This document shows positions 37,021-51,449 of a DNA stretch of 64,000 nt, piece by piece; position 1 is the first letter of the stretch, and the number at the start of each line of letters is the position of its first letter. Under the pieces are notes generated by a model that had not been told where the DNA came from, did no database searches, and worked only from the letters and a program-made list of their open reading frames with translations. The translations under genes and the position numbers were made by a program. The DNA comes from Chrysomallon squamiferum (Eukaryota > Animalia > Mollusca): assembly GCA_012295275.1 (NCBI GenBank), contig CM022667.1, positions 3,472,001-3,536,000 on the forward strand. The letters are read 5' to 3'.

Positions 37021-39687
37021 CAGATGCATAAGTTTGTTTATGAATGTTTATTTACATTCCTGGAAAGCAAAATATAAATTTCAAAGCTTTTCAACCCAAC
37101 TACTTTTCTGTCAGCAGAAATCACTACTCACAGAACACACATTTGAAACAGAATAGCAATAAACATAATTTATTTTAATAAACATTAACATTTCTGTTAA
37201 TGAATTCTGTTTTTTTTTTTTTTTTCTACTCGTATCACACATAAAACTGTTCTTACATAATATATTTTCTATCACAGACTTAATGATGTACATTATGCAT
37301 AGTTATTAAAATACACAATTTTTTTATATTTTTTATTTATTTATTTTTATTTTTTAACCATTTCACTGATATGTAATAATTGCTTCCAACTAGCTGAAAA
37401 TTGTGGAAATTTTTAATTTAATTTAATTTTTTTTTTTTTTTTAGAATTAAAATTAAAAATTTAATTTATGTAACTGAGTATTCTGTAGTCTGTCAAATTT
37501 GACTGCTCTGTTGTTTATATGAAGGAAAAAAAAAAAAAAAAAAGATTTTGTGTGTTTTTGCTTGGCCCTTGTTTAACAATGATAGGTCCACCATAAAAGT
37601 CAAGTTTTCTGTGAGTCTTTGAAAACAGTAAATGATTCAGACTAGATGCACATGTCATCTTTTGCAGGTAAAAAAAAAAAAACACCTAAATTTAATGGCT
37701 TTTAATATGTTTGAAAATATCCATTTTTGCATTTGAAAAGACACAACCCTTTATGAGTAGTTTGAAAAAAAAATTGTAAAAGATAAATAAATAAACTGTT
37801 TAGATTGAAAAGATATTATTGTCTCATTCAGGTCAAACACACAGACAGACAGACAGACAGACAGACAAAAATAATATTCAAGTACTGTTAACAGCCAGGA
37901 TTTGTAATGGAACACAGATTTGTATAAATTAAACAAATTTTTTTTGGTGAAATTTTAAATGTGTTATAATTTTTGTTGTTAAATTTACACTGGTTAAAAA
38001 AGAGTAATTTATCAATTTTAAAAGATTAAAAAAATGATAAAAATAAAATTTTAATTAAAAAAAAAAGAACTGAAAAGAACTGATATAATGTAGTAACAAT
38101 TTTTTTTTTTTTTTAAATCAATTAAAAATATTTATAATTATAAATACAATTAAAAATAATTAGCTCCCCCCAAAAAAATTATAATGAAATGGAATTAAGA
38201 ATTATTATAACAATAATAAAAAGAAAAAAAGAAAGATTAAAAGTAATTATCAATAAAAGGAATTTAAAAATTATAATTAAGAAAATTAATGACTGCTAAT
38301 TTTGTTTATGCAGCCATTCTATCCCCCCACCAAAAAAAAAACCAAAAAAAAAACCCTGAAAAGATGAAAGAACTAATTAAAAATCTGTCTTAGCATTTTA
38401 TACGAAGACAGGATTTTGTAATTTTTCAATTTAAAACATCAATTAGCTAATTAACTTTCTCTAATTTACGGTGATCTTCTTTGTTTTTTTTTTGTTTTTT
38501 TTAAAAAAACCATCACACAAGTTCATTTAGACAGAACTTTTAATAATGACCAACATTTTTCTTCATTTTTTATTTTTTATTTTTTTTTTTTTTTTTTTTT
38601 TTTATTTTTTATTTTTTTTTAATATCTTCTGCAATCTTGCAAGGTTATTGGGTTTGTTAATGGTGAAAGCAAACTGGCAGACTTGAATTACTAATGAAAT
38701 AATTTGTATTACTTAAGCTAAGTTCAGACGCAGTCTTCATTTTCTCCATTCTGACCATCCATTTATTTTTTTTTAGTTTTTTTTTTTTCATTTTTCATTT
38801 TTTTTTTTGTTTAAAGAAGAATAAAAGCAAAAAAAAAAAAAAAAAAAAAAAAAGTAAAAAAAAAAAATATAATTATACACTTGCATAAAATGTAGAATAT
38901 ATTGAAAAAAAGTGTGTATTATATAGATGTTTTTAAAAAAAAAAAATGTATATGATTAAATTTATATATATGCATATATGTGCATGTGTGTAGTAAATCT
39001 GTATATATAGATATATATATGTGTGTATATATTATGCAAATAAATAGGAAAGGAAATGCTTCTGTGTAAATATATATATATATATACAGACACACATAAA
39101 TAGAAAAAAGTAAATTATACAAAATACTGATTAAAAGACAGTCATAAATATACAGACACATAGACAGATACACATATAGGTCTGTGTGGGTGTGTGTCTG
39201 TGTGTGAGTGTGTATCTATATATATATATTTTTTTTTTTTCTTGCAAAAAACAAACAAAATAAGTCGCATACACAAAAAAGCTTTCAGTTTTTGTTACAC
39301 ATAATAACATATTTTTTTTTTATACACATTTAAAAAAAAGAAAAAAAAGAAGAATTAAATGAAGATGATTATGAGTTGTGTGACCTATGAGCACACCGGA
39401 AGGCTCACAGACAAACATCCAGTAATTTGAGTTTTGCCTGATTGTCAAATGCCAGCTGTTAACGAACGAGAATTAATTAGGACAGAGAAAGAAAGAAAGA
39501 AAGAAATAACTAACGCAAAGGTGTTGTTGTAATACTACTACTTAAATACAGTAGTGACCTAGTGAGTTCGAACCTAGTAGTGTGTACAGATTAGTTAGTA
39601 CGTCGATCTACTTAAATTTATTAATGTACTGATGATTAATAATGATGATGATGATGATGATGATAAATAATAACAATAAGAATGACG

Positions 39688-39724
<37 letters not shown>

Positions 39725-40224
39725 TAATAATAATAATAATAATAACAATAATAATAACATTGTCAGTAACAACAACAAACTGGTAATAATAAAAAATTAG
39801 GTTGTGGGTCTTGATTTTTATTTTTTAAAATCTTTTTTTTAATGTGACAGGATGGGTTTGTTTATTTGTTCTTGGTTTTGTTTCTTTTATAATTCAGTGA
39901 CATATGGACGCCCATTGTTTACATGTTTATGTTTTTATTTTTAAATATTATTTGTCATCATCATCATCAACTGCAGCAGCAGCATTGAAATTATTACTGT
40001 TTGTAGTGTTAGTAATTCTGTTCTTATAACTATCATTATTATTGTTATTAGTAGTAGTAGTAGTAGTAGTAGTAGTAGCAGTGGTAATAATAGTTTTGGA
40101 AACAGTAATAACAGAAATCAAAATTAATAACAGGTTTTAATATTGGTTATAATATTAACAACAGTAGCATATTATATATCTATAATATCTATATATATAA
40201 TCTATACATACATATATATCTATA

Positions 40225-40262
<38 letters not shown>

Positions 40263-40845
40263 TATAATCTAAACATACATACATACATATATATATATCT
40301 TTATTATTACTTATTTATAAATTATTTTTCTTTTCTTTTATTCTTCATTTTTCATTTTTATTCTTTTTTTATCTTTAGTCTTATCTTTCATATAAACATA
40401 TCTCTGGGTTTTTTTTTTTTTTTTCTTTCTTTTTCATTTTTCCATTTTTTTCATTTTTCTTTTCTTGTTGTGATACTAATGAAGATGATTGAGCAGAGCT
40501 GCTGTTGTTGTTTTGAGGTCCATTGTTGTTTGAAGTAAAAACATTCCTGCCGTGAAGAGCTACCCTCTCTGTCATAATTAACAATCTATCACCAGAACAA
40601 AGCTTTTTGTCCGTCTGTCTGTTCAGACGCATCCAGTTCTGCGCTCAAACTTCCGCACAGCCTACTGATCTTGTTCATTTGTTTTCTATTTGTAGGTGAA
40701 ATCAATTTCTGTGACATATCTGCGGGTTATTAATAGGTGTTTTTTTTTTTTTTTTTTTTTTTTTTGTAGATTAATGTCTGTGAAAGGTTGTGGGTTCAAA
40801 ACTTACTAGTGTCTGGATAATGTTATTTATTTGAATTTTGTACGC

Positions 40846-40881
<36 letters not shown>

Positions 40882-40912
40882 AGTTTTTCTGTTGTTATTT
40901 ATTTATTGGTTT

Positions 40913-40958
<46 letters not shown>

Positions 40959-41289
40959 TTTAAATTTATATTTGTGAATTGAATACATACATACATACAT
41001 ACATACACACACAGAGATACATGTATATAAATAATTACATACACAACCACATACAGATATATATAATTTCAGAAACACAGATACATACACATATATGACA
41101 AAAGACATTTATACCATATGGAAAAAAAAAAAAAAAAAAAATAATGTTAAAATTCTATTACACCCCAAGAAATAACAGTCACACCCTAACCTCTGCACCC
41201 CACCCCACCCCCCCCCCAAAAACCACGGAGAGAAAAACACACAGATGTAGATAATTCATTTGAATATAATCTTTATTAAAAAAAAAAAT

Positions 41290-41800
41290 CATTCATTGCC
41301 CTTACTCCCCCTTTCCCCATCCCACCCCTCCTCCTCGTCATTTACCTGACCTGAATACCTGCAACAAAACAAAACAAAACAAAACCCCCCCAAAAAAAAC
41401 AGGTAGCAATTACAGAACCTTATTTGTGACGGAGGTAAAAAAGCGTGAACGATGAGGGCCATTGTTCCCATTGAAAGGTGTTTCTGAGATAAAGATGAAG
41501 TATCCCACATCACCTAGCTGCTTTGTCTATCAGATAAGACTATTTTGTATATGTTTAAGTAGAAGTTCTTTTCATTGCCACATCAGCGCGGATCCGGTTT
41601 CTGCCTGTTGTTCTTCCAATGGGAGACTTCTAACTCCTTGTGTTGATGGGTAGCCAAGCAGAAAACATACTGGCCCTGGTCTGGTCTCATTAGAGAGGCA
41701 GGCTGCCATGGCAATTAGTCTGCCGTTGCTGACTGCATGCCTCGGTGGTGATGACTTCTGCACCCCAGCATCGTCGTCGGCATCATCATCATCATCATCA
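41290..41800. promoter_or_regulatory. Enhancer/CNE-like island with near X-box
   Basis: GCTGCCATGGCAAT at 41702-41715 (palindromic core TGCCATGGCA); triple ACCTG at 41343-41361; C-rich tracts at 41298-41335 and just upstream at 41198-41217. Confidence 0.4.
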
Positions 41801-41809
41801 TCATCACCA

Positions 41810-42772
41810 CACACACGCATATACACATATACATAGACACGCATATGCATTCAAACACATCCGTAAATCCAATAACAGATAAAACAAACTGAGATATATA
41901 TATATATATATTTTATAGTTGTATAGTAATGAAGATAATAATTATGTACATATACACACATACACACACACACACATACACACATACACTCACACACACA
42001 CATGTTCACATATACACAATACACCCATGTACATGTTACACTGTATGTAAATGTTTAAACACACATAAACACCCATGTACAGATAAACACATTAAATTAA
42101 TTTATATAGAAAACAACGACACACATTCACAAATCTTACGTATGTTATCCATAAACAAACACATAAACAAACACATTTCAAATACATAATTAATTTTTAT
42201 TAACTGTCACTTAAACTTTATATTAATTTATATGTGTTAAACATGCATAAATAAACAATGTTACACAACTAGGTAAACAAATAATTTTATATGCTGATTC
42301 ACAAACATACACATACACATACAGACACATGCACACTCACATACACACCTCTCACAAACACAATACACACACACATACACTCACACACATATGCATACAA
42401 AAAACACACTTAAACACACACACATATACAGACACAAGGGCACACGTGCACACACACACACACACACACACACATGTACAGATTTACACATAAGACGTAT
42501 CAACATAAATAATAATCACAGATACATTCAGACACAAAAGTATACTCACACAAACTCATTACTTCTGATTATACAGCCAATGTTCAGTTACAGTTTCACT
42601 GAATAACTTCATGTTGCTCTGAAGAGGTTTAATATTACTTAATATTCACCACTGACAGATTTGTCTGCAAACTTAATTAACCTAATTAGCTAATTAATAA
42701 TCAAACTAAATAATCTTCTGTTACCTGTGAAAAGGGTTTTCCCATTCATTACTGCCATTATGTTAGTAGGGT

Positions 42773-42819
<47 letters not shown>

Positions 42820-43000
42820 TCTGTGTGTCTGTGTGTGTGTGTCTGTGTGTGTGTCTGTGTGTGTGTGTCTGTGTGTGTGTGAGTGTTGTGTTATATATGT
42901 GTGTGTGTGTATATATATTTAAGTGTGTGTGTGTAATGTGTGTGTTGTGTTACATATATATATTTAAGTCTGTGTGTGTGTGTGTGTGTGTGCGCGTCTA
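41810..43000. repeat. (CA)n-rich then (GT)n-rich low-complexity region
   Basis: Direct reading. Confidence 0.85.
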
Positions 43001-43757
43001 AATTTAACTTGAAACTAAATTAGAGTTTTCAAAAAGAAAGGAAGAAAATAAATTAAAATTTTATAAAAATAATAATAATATTAATAATTTAAAAAGAAAA
43101 ATTAACAAGAAGATAAAAGTTGATTTTAAGAAAAACAAGAAATAAATTAAAAAATAATAATAATAACAATAATAATAACAAATAAATAAAAAAATAAATA
43201 GCACCAAAAAAGGTTATTATTATTATTATAATAATTTTTTTTAATTTTTTTTTTTATTAAATAACTAGCACACTCACTGTCACAGAATTCCACCATATTG
43301 GAATAAAATCACAAAAATGTTTATTAAATTTAATAGATATATGTGTGTATTTGTGTTTGTGTGTGTGTGTTTGCATGTGTTTGTGTATGTGTGTATATAT
43401 TTATTTAAATATGCTGACATCTAATCAATCTAAAACTGTTTTGAGATTTAGCAGTTTATTACATAAAATAATTAGGTGATTGTTAAAAATACGAAATGTT
43501 TTGCGACATCAGTCTCAAGTTTTAAATTTTCTCTCTTTTTTGTTTAAATAAATAAATAAAATATAATATATCATTTGTTTTATTACAATTTACTGTGCTA
43601 AGCCTTCATTGTCATTAAAATGTCTAAATGATGAACAATGCAAATATGATACAGTTTTATTTTTAACAAAAAAAAAAATTATGTATTTTTTTTTTATCAG
43701 TTTTATCAGTATATTTTTTCTCTTTTTCTATTATTAAAATTAAAATTTAAAAATATA

Positions 43758-43789
<32 letters not shown>

Positions 43790-44199
43790 CAACCAAAAAT
43801 CCACAGCATAATTTTAGTGCTTAATTCATTTGCATAATATTAAAATGGATGAGAAGCTTTATGCATAAATTAAGCGTGCTTAACGCAACTATGTTAATTA
43901 ATGCTGGCACGAAATATAAAAAAGTCTGCCCACTGCCAAAAGCAGATTTCACAGCAATTTATTAAAAACATTTCCCATTCTCCCAGTCCTCACTATTTGC
44001 AATCCATCTGTTTTTCTTCACTGCAAAAGGTCGGGCTACTGCAGGTCAAAGGTCAGTATTCAACTGCCATATTTTATTTGGGGGGGAAAGCATTCTAATG
44101 ATGTTTGTTCGCGGGAAGGATTTCCCTGGTTGTCAAAGAAACAGAAAAATGACGAGGATAATTCTGAAGATTTGATTCCACTTGTAAGAGGAGTAACGA

Positions 44200-44451
44200 T
44201 AAGAATAAGAACAATAGCAATAATAATAATGATGATGATGATGATGATGAAAATAATCATAGATATTATAATAATACAGTAATAATGATGATGTAGTAAT
44301 AGTAACACTCATAACAGAGCTTATTATTATAGTAGTGATGATGATAAGTAGTAATATCAATAATAATAATGATGATGATGATGATGATGATGATAATAAT
44401 AAAAATAATAAAAAAATAATCAAAATAATAAATAATATGATGATGAGAACA

Positions 44452-44501
<50 letters not shown>

Positions 44502-44765
44502 AATAAAAATAATAATTAATGACATAATTAATAATAATAATGATAATAATAACAATAATAATAATAATAAATAAAAATAATAAATAATAATTAATGACAA
44601 ATAATAATAATGATAATAATAACAATAGTAATAATAATGAATATTAATAAATAATCATAATGAATAATAATAATAAATAATAATAATAATAAAATAATAA
44701 TGAATAATAACAAATAAATAATAAATAATAACAAATAACAATTAACAAATAATTAATAATAACAA
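44200..44765. repeat. (AAT)n/(GAT)n trinucleotide tract
   Basis: Direct reading. Confidence 0.95.
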
Positions 44766-44857
44766 CTGTGACAGGAGCTGTATGACTGCAGTGTTGTAGC
44801 AGTAACAGCAAGGTGTGTAATGGATATGAACAGCAAGGGAGGGAACGTTGTTTCAGG

Positions 44858-44883
44858 TGCTGCTGCTGCTGCTGCTGCTGCTG
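44858..44883. repeat. (CTG)n trinucleotide repeat inside a GC-richer island
   Basis: Direct reading. Confidence 0.9.
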
Positions 44884-45161
44884 AAGTCATTTAAACCAGG
44901 CTGACTTTTTTTTAATCTTCAGCTACGATGACCACGGCGTTTTGTGTCGAGTCTTGTTTGGGTACCCGAGTGCAGCTCAGTTCAGCCAGGTGTAGAAAAA
45001 CAGTGGAAAAAGTGCAGTCCTCGCAAACTGTGTTTCAAATGAAAACAGCGTTTTCGTAATAAATTGTAAAGTCGTTGATAATCATCTCATATTTTTATGG
45101 TATATGTGACGCTGTGAAATTTTTTAAATGTTGCTGTTGCCAAATGAAACAATTAATAAAA

Positions 45162-45199
<38 letters not shown>

Positions 45200-45562
45200 T
45201 TTTTTTGGAAAAAGAAACAAAAAAGATAAGAAAAATTAATAATAATAATAATAATCTTTTTTTTAATTTTTTTTTTATTTATTTATTTTTATTATTATGA
45301 TTATTATTTTTTTTGAAATAATGGTTTGTCAGTACTTAATGCACCAGGTTATTGTTTTTGTAGACAAAATAATGGGGTGGAAATATTAAAAAAAAAAAAT
45401 GATGGGTTTTATTATTTTTTTAATGAAATTTATTGAAGTGTTTGAGTGTTAAAGAATGCCCATGTTGTTTCAAACTTGTTGAACTGTTTCATAATCATCT
45501 ATCAGATTATAGTGTAGTTGTTACCACTGTCGTTACACCATTCTCAGTGTTCTCCTGTTTAT

Positions 45563-45905
45563 GGGTGGGAGGTGAATTCAGCTCACTAATTTAAATTCAA
45601 ACCAGTGTTCACAGGGTCTTTGTCTCAATTCTGATGGTAGATGTGTTAAAAAAAATTCACATTCCAAAAAGTGCTCTTCAACTTAGTATGACAAAGGCTG
45701 TGGTATGTGTTGTCCTTCCTGTGGGATGGTCCATAAAAAAAATATTTCTATTTTTTTTTTTCTAATTACAAATTATAGCTGTGATGTTGGCAATGGGATT
45801 TTTATGTCTCATTTTCTGAAATGCTCATAATCTTGGGTCCCACACCATATAATTGTAAATAGAAATTTTTTTTCAGTGCATCACTACATAAAAATTCATT
45901 TCTTT
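45563..45905 (+). mobile_element. Degraded full-length tRNA-headed SINE (mollusc family, probably Deu/Nin-domain type)
   Basis: The ordered blocks GGGTGGGAGG.., TTCCAAAAAGTGCTCTTCAAC, ACAAAGGCTGTGGTATGTG..CTGTGGGATGGT.CATA, CACCATATAA.TGTAAATA and AGTGCATCACTACATAAAA match my recollection of an abundant gastropod SINE. The tail matches an inverted copy at 54244-54262 (17/19 nt). Confidence 0.7.
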
Positions 45906-45959
45906 TACGAATGTTTGAATTTGTTTGCGAGATGTTCTTTGATCAGAACAGCCAAAATA

Positions 45960-45993
<34 letters not shown>

Positions 45994-46757
45994 AAGAAAG
46001 AGAAGCTTTTTCTAAATCATATTTCTGACACTTAATAACCATTAATGTTAAAATTTATTTAGATTAAACTAAATTCTTTCATTCTCTTTGACTGGATTAT
46101 AAAAAAAAAAGAAAAAAAAAAAAAGGACAAATAATTTTTTGGTTAAAAAGACACAGAGTTTAAGGCTGAGGTTTTCATGTCCTTTTTTTTTTAGAGTTGT
46201 TAATGACTCAACATACGTTTGTTCCGATTTACACATTTTTATTTGTCAAACAGTTGTCAACACATGCACCCGAATACCACCGTTGTTTTTGTTCTGTGGG
46301 TGTCATTAAACATGCATTTATATGCATGTGCAAGCGCAGTATTTAAATCTTAATCTGTCAAATTTTCAAACCCCATAAATTAAAAAAATATTTTTTTTAA
46401 AAATAATTAACGTTTTTTTTTTTGTTTGGTTTTTTTGTAACGTAATTTTTTAGACGTTTTTTTTTTTTTTTTATTTTCCATACTGATCATCATGTCTGTA
46501 GTTGACTTAGTGCAGTTGTTGTTGTTGTTGTTGTTGTGTTAGAACAGACAGAAAAACAAAACCCATCCCAGCCAATGATGAACTGTGCTGTCATTTTGTG
46601 TCACTTAATCACTAAATAATTTCATTAAGCAATATATTTAATGCCCATTTGTTGTTGTTGTTGGTTGTTTTTTGCTTTTTCGAAACGTAGAGGATGATGT
46701 CGTAATGTATTTGTTAATCTTGATTAAAAGAGGATAAAGAGAAACATTATGATTTTA

Positions 46758-46799
<42 letters not shown>

Positions 46800-47126
46800 T
46801 AATTATTTTTAATTATTCCTTTTCTTTCTTCTTTTTCTCTTTTTTGTACAAGAACAGATATAGATTTAGATGTATCATTTTAGTTTCATTTATTTATTTT
46901 ATAGTTTTTATTATATTTTTATTATTATTATTTTTTTTTTTTAGAAGTACTACTGTATTAAAGAAAAAGGTGAGAAAAAAAAAATGCATGTTAATTTAAT
47001 ACATTTATTTCACATCCCACGAATGAATAACTATTGTATTAATTCATTAATCAATAATTTTTAATAAAAAAAATTAAAATACATATTTTTTATATAAATA
47101 AAGAGTTTGTGATCATGTATATACAC

Positions 47127-47164
<38 letters not shown>

Positions 47165-47491
47165 GTATATGTTTGTGCAGGTTAATATGAGAATGTTAAC
47201 ACGTATAATCTTTGTGTCTGTGTGTCTGTACGTACGTATAAAGCAATTCTTTGTAACATTATGCTAACTGCACAGGCAGTTAATTCTAATTAAATTAAAA
47301 AACCTGTTTCCTCACATACAAACACAGGCTCCACTGTCAACTGTGTTTTATTATCACACAAATTCAGCTCAAAGGATTTAAATTAATTAAAAACTTTTGG
47401 CTGTTAATATTTTTTCGTGGTATCAGGCTCGTTCTGGTTGTTGTTCTTGTCATTGTCGTTGTTGTTGTTGTTGTTATTAGCTGCTGCCAGT

Positions 47492-47523
<32 letters not shown>

Positions 47524-47805
47524 CGTCTGTGTAATGACCTCAGACACGAAACAAGTGCCATGGGCAAGCACTTCATTTTCTTGTCTCAATCAAAACCTCC
47601 AATCTAAATGAACTGTTTGTTTACTGAAGGCAGGTGTGAGGCAGGGGTCACCTCATTGTCCCTTTGCTTTCTCACCTTGTGTGAAGCGCAGGTAACATGA
47701 CATCTTACCTTTTCATCTGTCCAACGTTTTTTTTTTTTTTTTTTTGATTCTTCTACCTGTGACCATATTTCATACCCATACACTTGTCAGTGTGGCAAAA
47801 AAATA

Positions 47806-47841
<36 letters not shown>

Positions 47842-48059
47842 CATATAATAGTGACCAGATGTATGTGTCCTTGGTTGTCAAGACTTAACCACTGTCCTTG
47901 CGCTAATCGCTGGTCAGTCCTGTTGACCTTGCAGTGACCTTTAATTACTTGACAGTGGTTCTCAAAAGGTCCTAGGTGCAGTTTGTGTGTTTCTCAATTG
48001 TTTCAGTTTTAACATGTTGTTAAGTTTTAATTTAGTTCAGCTAAGTTGATTGTCTTGCA

Positions 48060-48160
<101 letters not shown>

Positions 48161-48529
48161 AAAAGCATTAACAACTGCAGTATGCCGGATTGTAGGATCA
48201 AACTACAGTGTACTGCACCTCTTATCTTTTTCCCAATCCAAGTGATGCTTCATAGCCAAGACCATGTCATGTGACTTCTTATATATACATATATATGAAG
48301 GTGAACATATATTATGCAGGCATACATGTTTACACATCTGTAAACACACAGTTTGACAATGACAGTAATTAAATATAAATAGACCTAGAAACACGAAGAA
48401 AGACAGACAGACAGAAACAAACAAACAAACAAACAAATGCACATACACACACATGAAAAGAAAATCATTCAACTGACAATACACTTAGGTTCAGTGTAAA
48501 TGTAAATCATATATGAGCAGTTGGTTTAG

Positions 48530-49000
48530 TTCAGTCGTGACTTTCCTTAATCACTAGTGACATGTCTTAATTCTAGTCACTAGTCCTTAATATCTAGTCA
48601 CTAGTCCTTGATAACTAGTCACTTGTCTTTAGTAAATTTTCCTTAACTAAGGATGTCATTAAAATGTTTGGTCTTTCACATACAGAGACTAGAAACTAGT
48701 GACTTATTAAAAACTACTAACTTGACCTTAGAAACTAGTGACTTATTAAAAACTACTAACTTGACCTTAGAAACTAGTGCACTGCCCTAATAACTTGTGA
48801 TGTCTTAAAAATGTACTACTTTTCTTCATCTAGTGATTTGACACAAATAAACTTAGTGACTTGTCCTAAAACACTAGTGACTTGTATTAAATAACCAAGA
48901 TTAGGCCTTAAAAATGGTAACATGTCTTTAAAAAACTAGTGACTCATATTTAAAAGTAGTCAACTTGTCTTTGAAACTAGTGGCCTGACCTTCAAATCTA
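48530..49000. repeat. Degenerate ~21-bp minisatellite with palindromic ACTAGT cores
   Basis: Repeated CTAGT(C/G)ACT(A/T)GTC; TCACTAGTGA palindrome at 48551; exact ~39-bp tandem duplication at ~48690-48770. Confidence 0.8.
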
Positions 49001-49439
49001 GCGTGTAATTACGTGATCATGCGCAGACTTTTCTTTTGTTCAGGAATTTTATCTAAAGTGAAACCCTGAGCTGACTAACAACAACAACAACAACAACAAC
49101 AATAATTACAGTGAAAGGATTATATCTTTAAGTTTTCAGATGTGTGCACCACTTTTTTAAGAAATGCTTTTAATGCATTTTACACAACAACACTTTTATG
49201 AAGAAGAAAAAAAAAAACATTCTCTCTCTTTCATATCAAATTACCCCAAAAAAAATAAAAATTAATGAACATATCTCCCATATATATATTTATATATTTA
49301 TATATATATGTGTGTATGTGTTTTTTATTATCATAAATGGGTAAATATTCACTGAGATACTTTTTTTTTTCTCTCTCTCTCTCTTTAACTCTTAATGTCT
49401 GACTTCGTTATTTATTGTGGCAGCTTTTGGAAAACTAAA

Positions 49440-49985
49440 CAAACGCTTTGTTGTTGATTTTGTTTTCGTCCCTTTTTTTCTCTCTCTCTCAATGCGCGAG
49501 TGTTCTTTCATAACGAAGCTCCCGGTATTTAGCCTAATTGCCAACTGAAGCTTTTCAACTTTAATCACCATATGGATAAAATATGGAGATTGGCGACAGG
49601 GCCTGTCAATAACGAGGCCGAAATGACTGGCATTTTATTAGTCCCTGGTATTTAGTATTCATATTTTAAGCAGACCTTTTATCTGAATATGGATCTTAAT
49701 GGCTGTTTGTTAAGCAACTTTTGACCCTCGTGTGTCCTTTTTCTCTCACCTGAGAAGTACGGGGTCTTCCCATGGTTCCTAGCTCCAAATTGTTTGTCGC
49801 AGTCCGTTTTCACCTGAACAAAAGGCGACACACACCTTAATGGCAGTGGGGGGGGGATGGAGAGAGAGAGACCTGACCCTCTTTTAAGGTCACTTACGCA
49901 TCGCAAGACATACGTTGAATTTCCTTTATTCTTCGGCTTCGCAGCCAGTAATAATTACTATCAGCTTCACTGCTGGATCTGGCTT
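49440..49985. promoter_or_regulatory. Enhancer/CNE-like island
   Basis: High-complexity, CpG-retaining; CCCGGTATTTAG/CCTGGTATTTAG repeated; TAATTG and CTGTCAAT motifs. Confidence 0.35.
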
Positions 49986-50834
49986 TGATAAAATAATATA
50001 AAAATATATATACATATATATATACATATACGTATATATATATATAAGTGTAGGAACCGGTTTTTTTTTATATTTTTTTTATTCTCGTTATGTTTTGTGT
50101 GATTGTTTTGTTATCACCCAGCAGTCTACTTTTCTTTTCTTCTTCTTCTTCTTGTGATTATTTTTGTTTAAACATCTGTGGTCTTTTAATTTAAAGGCTC
50201 GATGCAAAATGATAATGCAGTAATTGCTTTTTAACCTTTTTTTTTCTTTCTTTCTTTCTTCTGTTGTTTTCTCTTTCTTTTTATTTCTGAATGTTGTCCA
50301 GTCTAGAGGAATTTCTAAGTGAATGTTTAAATAGTTTGTAATGAAATAACTATAAGGATGAATGAATGCTTGGTGTCGCTTACTTCTTTTTTTTTTTTTT
50401 TTTTTTTACCTGTGGTTTTAATAAAATCTCAAAATTGGGTTGCAAAAAGAGGAAATCAGTCATAAATTAGCTGAAGTAGCAACTGAAAAACCTGTAACTG
50501 AGGTAATTCTGAATAGTTGTAAGATTTATTAGTGCCGTCTTGATTAGCATGTGTAGTTTGTACTTTGTTGATATTTATTGTTTTTTTACTTCAGAATGTC
50601 TCTTTATCTGTCCCTCTGTCTTTTCTGTCTTACTTTCTGTCCCTTTCTCATTCTCGGACTCTGTGCATTGGCTCATTAAAGCTATTTCTGCTTTTATTGT
50701 AATAATTATGTGTCTCTTTTATTTGTTTTTGATGTCTGTCTTTATATCTTTTTTTTATGTGTGTGTGTGTGTCTTTCATTCTGACATTGTTATTTAAAGT
50801 TATTAGCTATGCATGATAACACACATGTAGATTA

Positions 50835-51169
50835 AAACACACACACACACACACAGATATACACACACACACACACACACACAGAGATACACACACATAC
50901 ACACACATACACAGACACACACACATACACATACATACACATAGACAGAGAGAGACACACAGACACACACACACACAGAGAGATATACACACATACACAC
51001 ACACACACAGACACACACATACACACACATACACACACACAGTCACACACACATACACATACATACACATAGACAGAGAGAGACACACACAGACACACAC
51101 ACATACACAGACACAAAGATACACACACACACATACACACACACACATACACATAGACAGACACACACA

Positions 51170-51228
<59 letters not shown>

Positions 51229-51260
51229 AACCCTTGACACAGTCGTACAAACACACACAC
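50835..51260. repeat. Compound (CA)n microsatellite with an internal ~130-bp duplication
   Basis: CATACACATAGACAGAGAGAGACACACA occurs at ~50932 and ~51062. Confidence 0.95.
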
Positions 51261-51449
51261 AAGATAACAACATATGTAAATAGTTTGACATTATTTTCTT
51301 TATTACTTTAAAAAAAACCTCTAAACCAGACTGCTTTCCATTGTCATTCTTCCATAGCCCTTGGGCTATAATGTATGCAAAAATATCTGCAATTAAAAAA
51401 AAAAAAAAAAAATCCTTTTATTTCATTTTTTTTTTTTTTTTTTTTTTTT

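Noticed and set aside
39555-39580. GTTCGAAC B-box-like motif; also tRNA-like heads at ~14975 and ~30060-30135
   Set aside because: No cloverleaf or correctly spaced A-box; too degenerate to call as tRNA, and SINE origin cannot be supported from the window alone.
40381-40632. 83-aa minus-strand ORF with an N/S/Q-rich middle
   Set aside because: Ends in poly-Lys from a T-run; no recognisable domain or splice boundaries.
44755-44890. Short minus-strand ORF starting MTS-poly(Ala)-PETTF / poly-Q in another frame
   Set aside because: About 45 codons driven by a (CAG)n repeat; no convincing exon boundaries.
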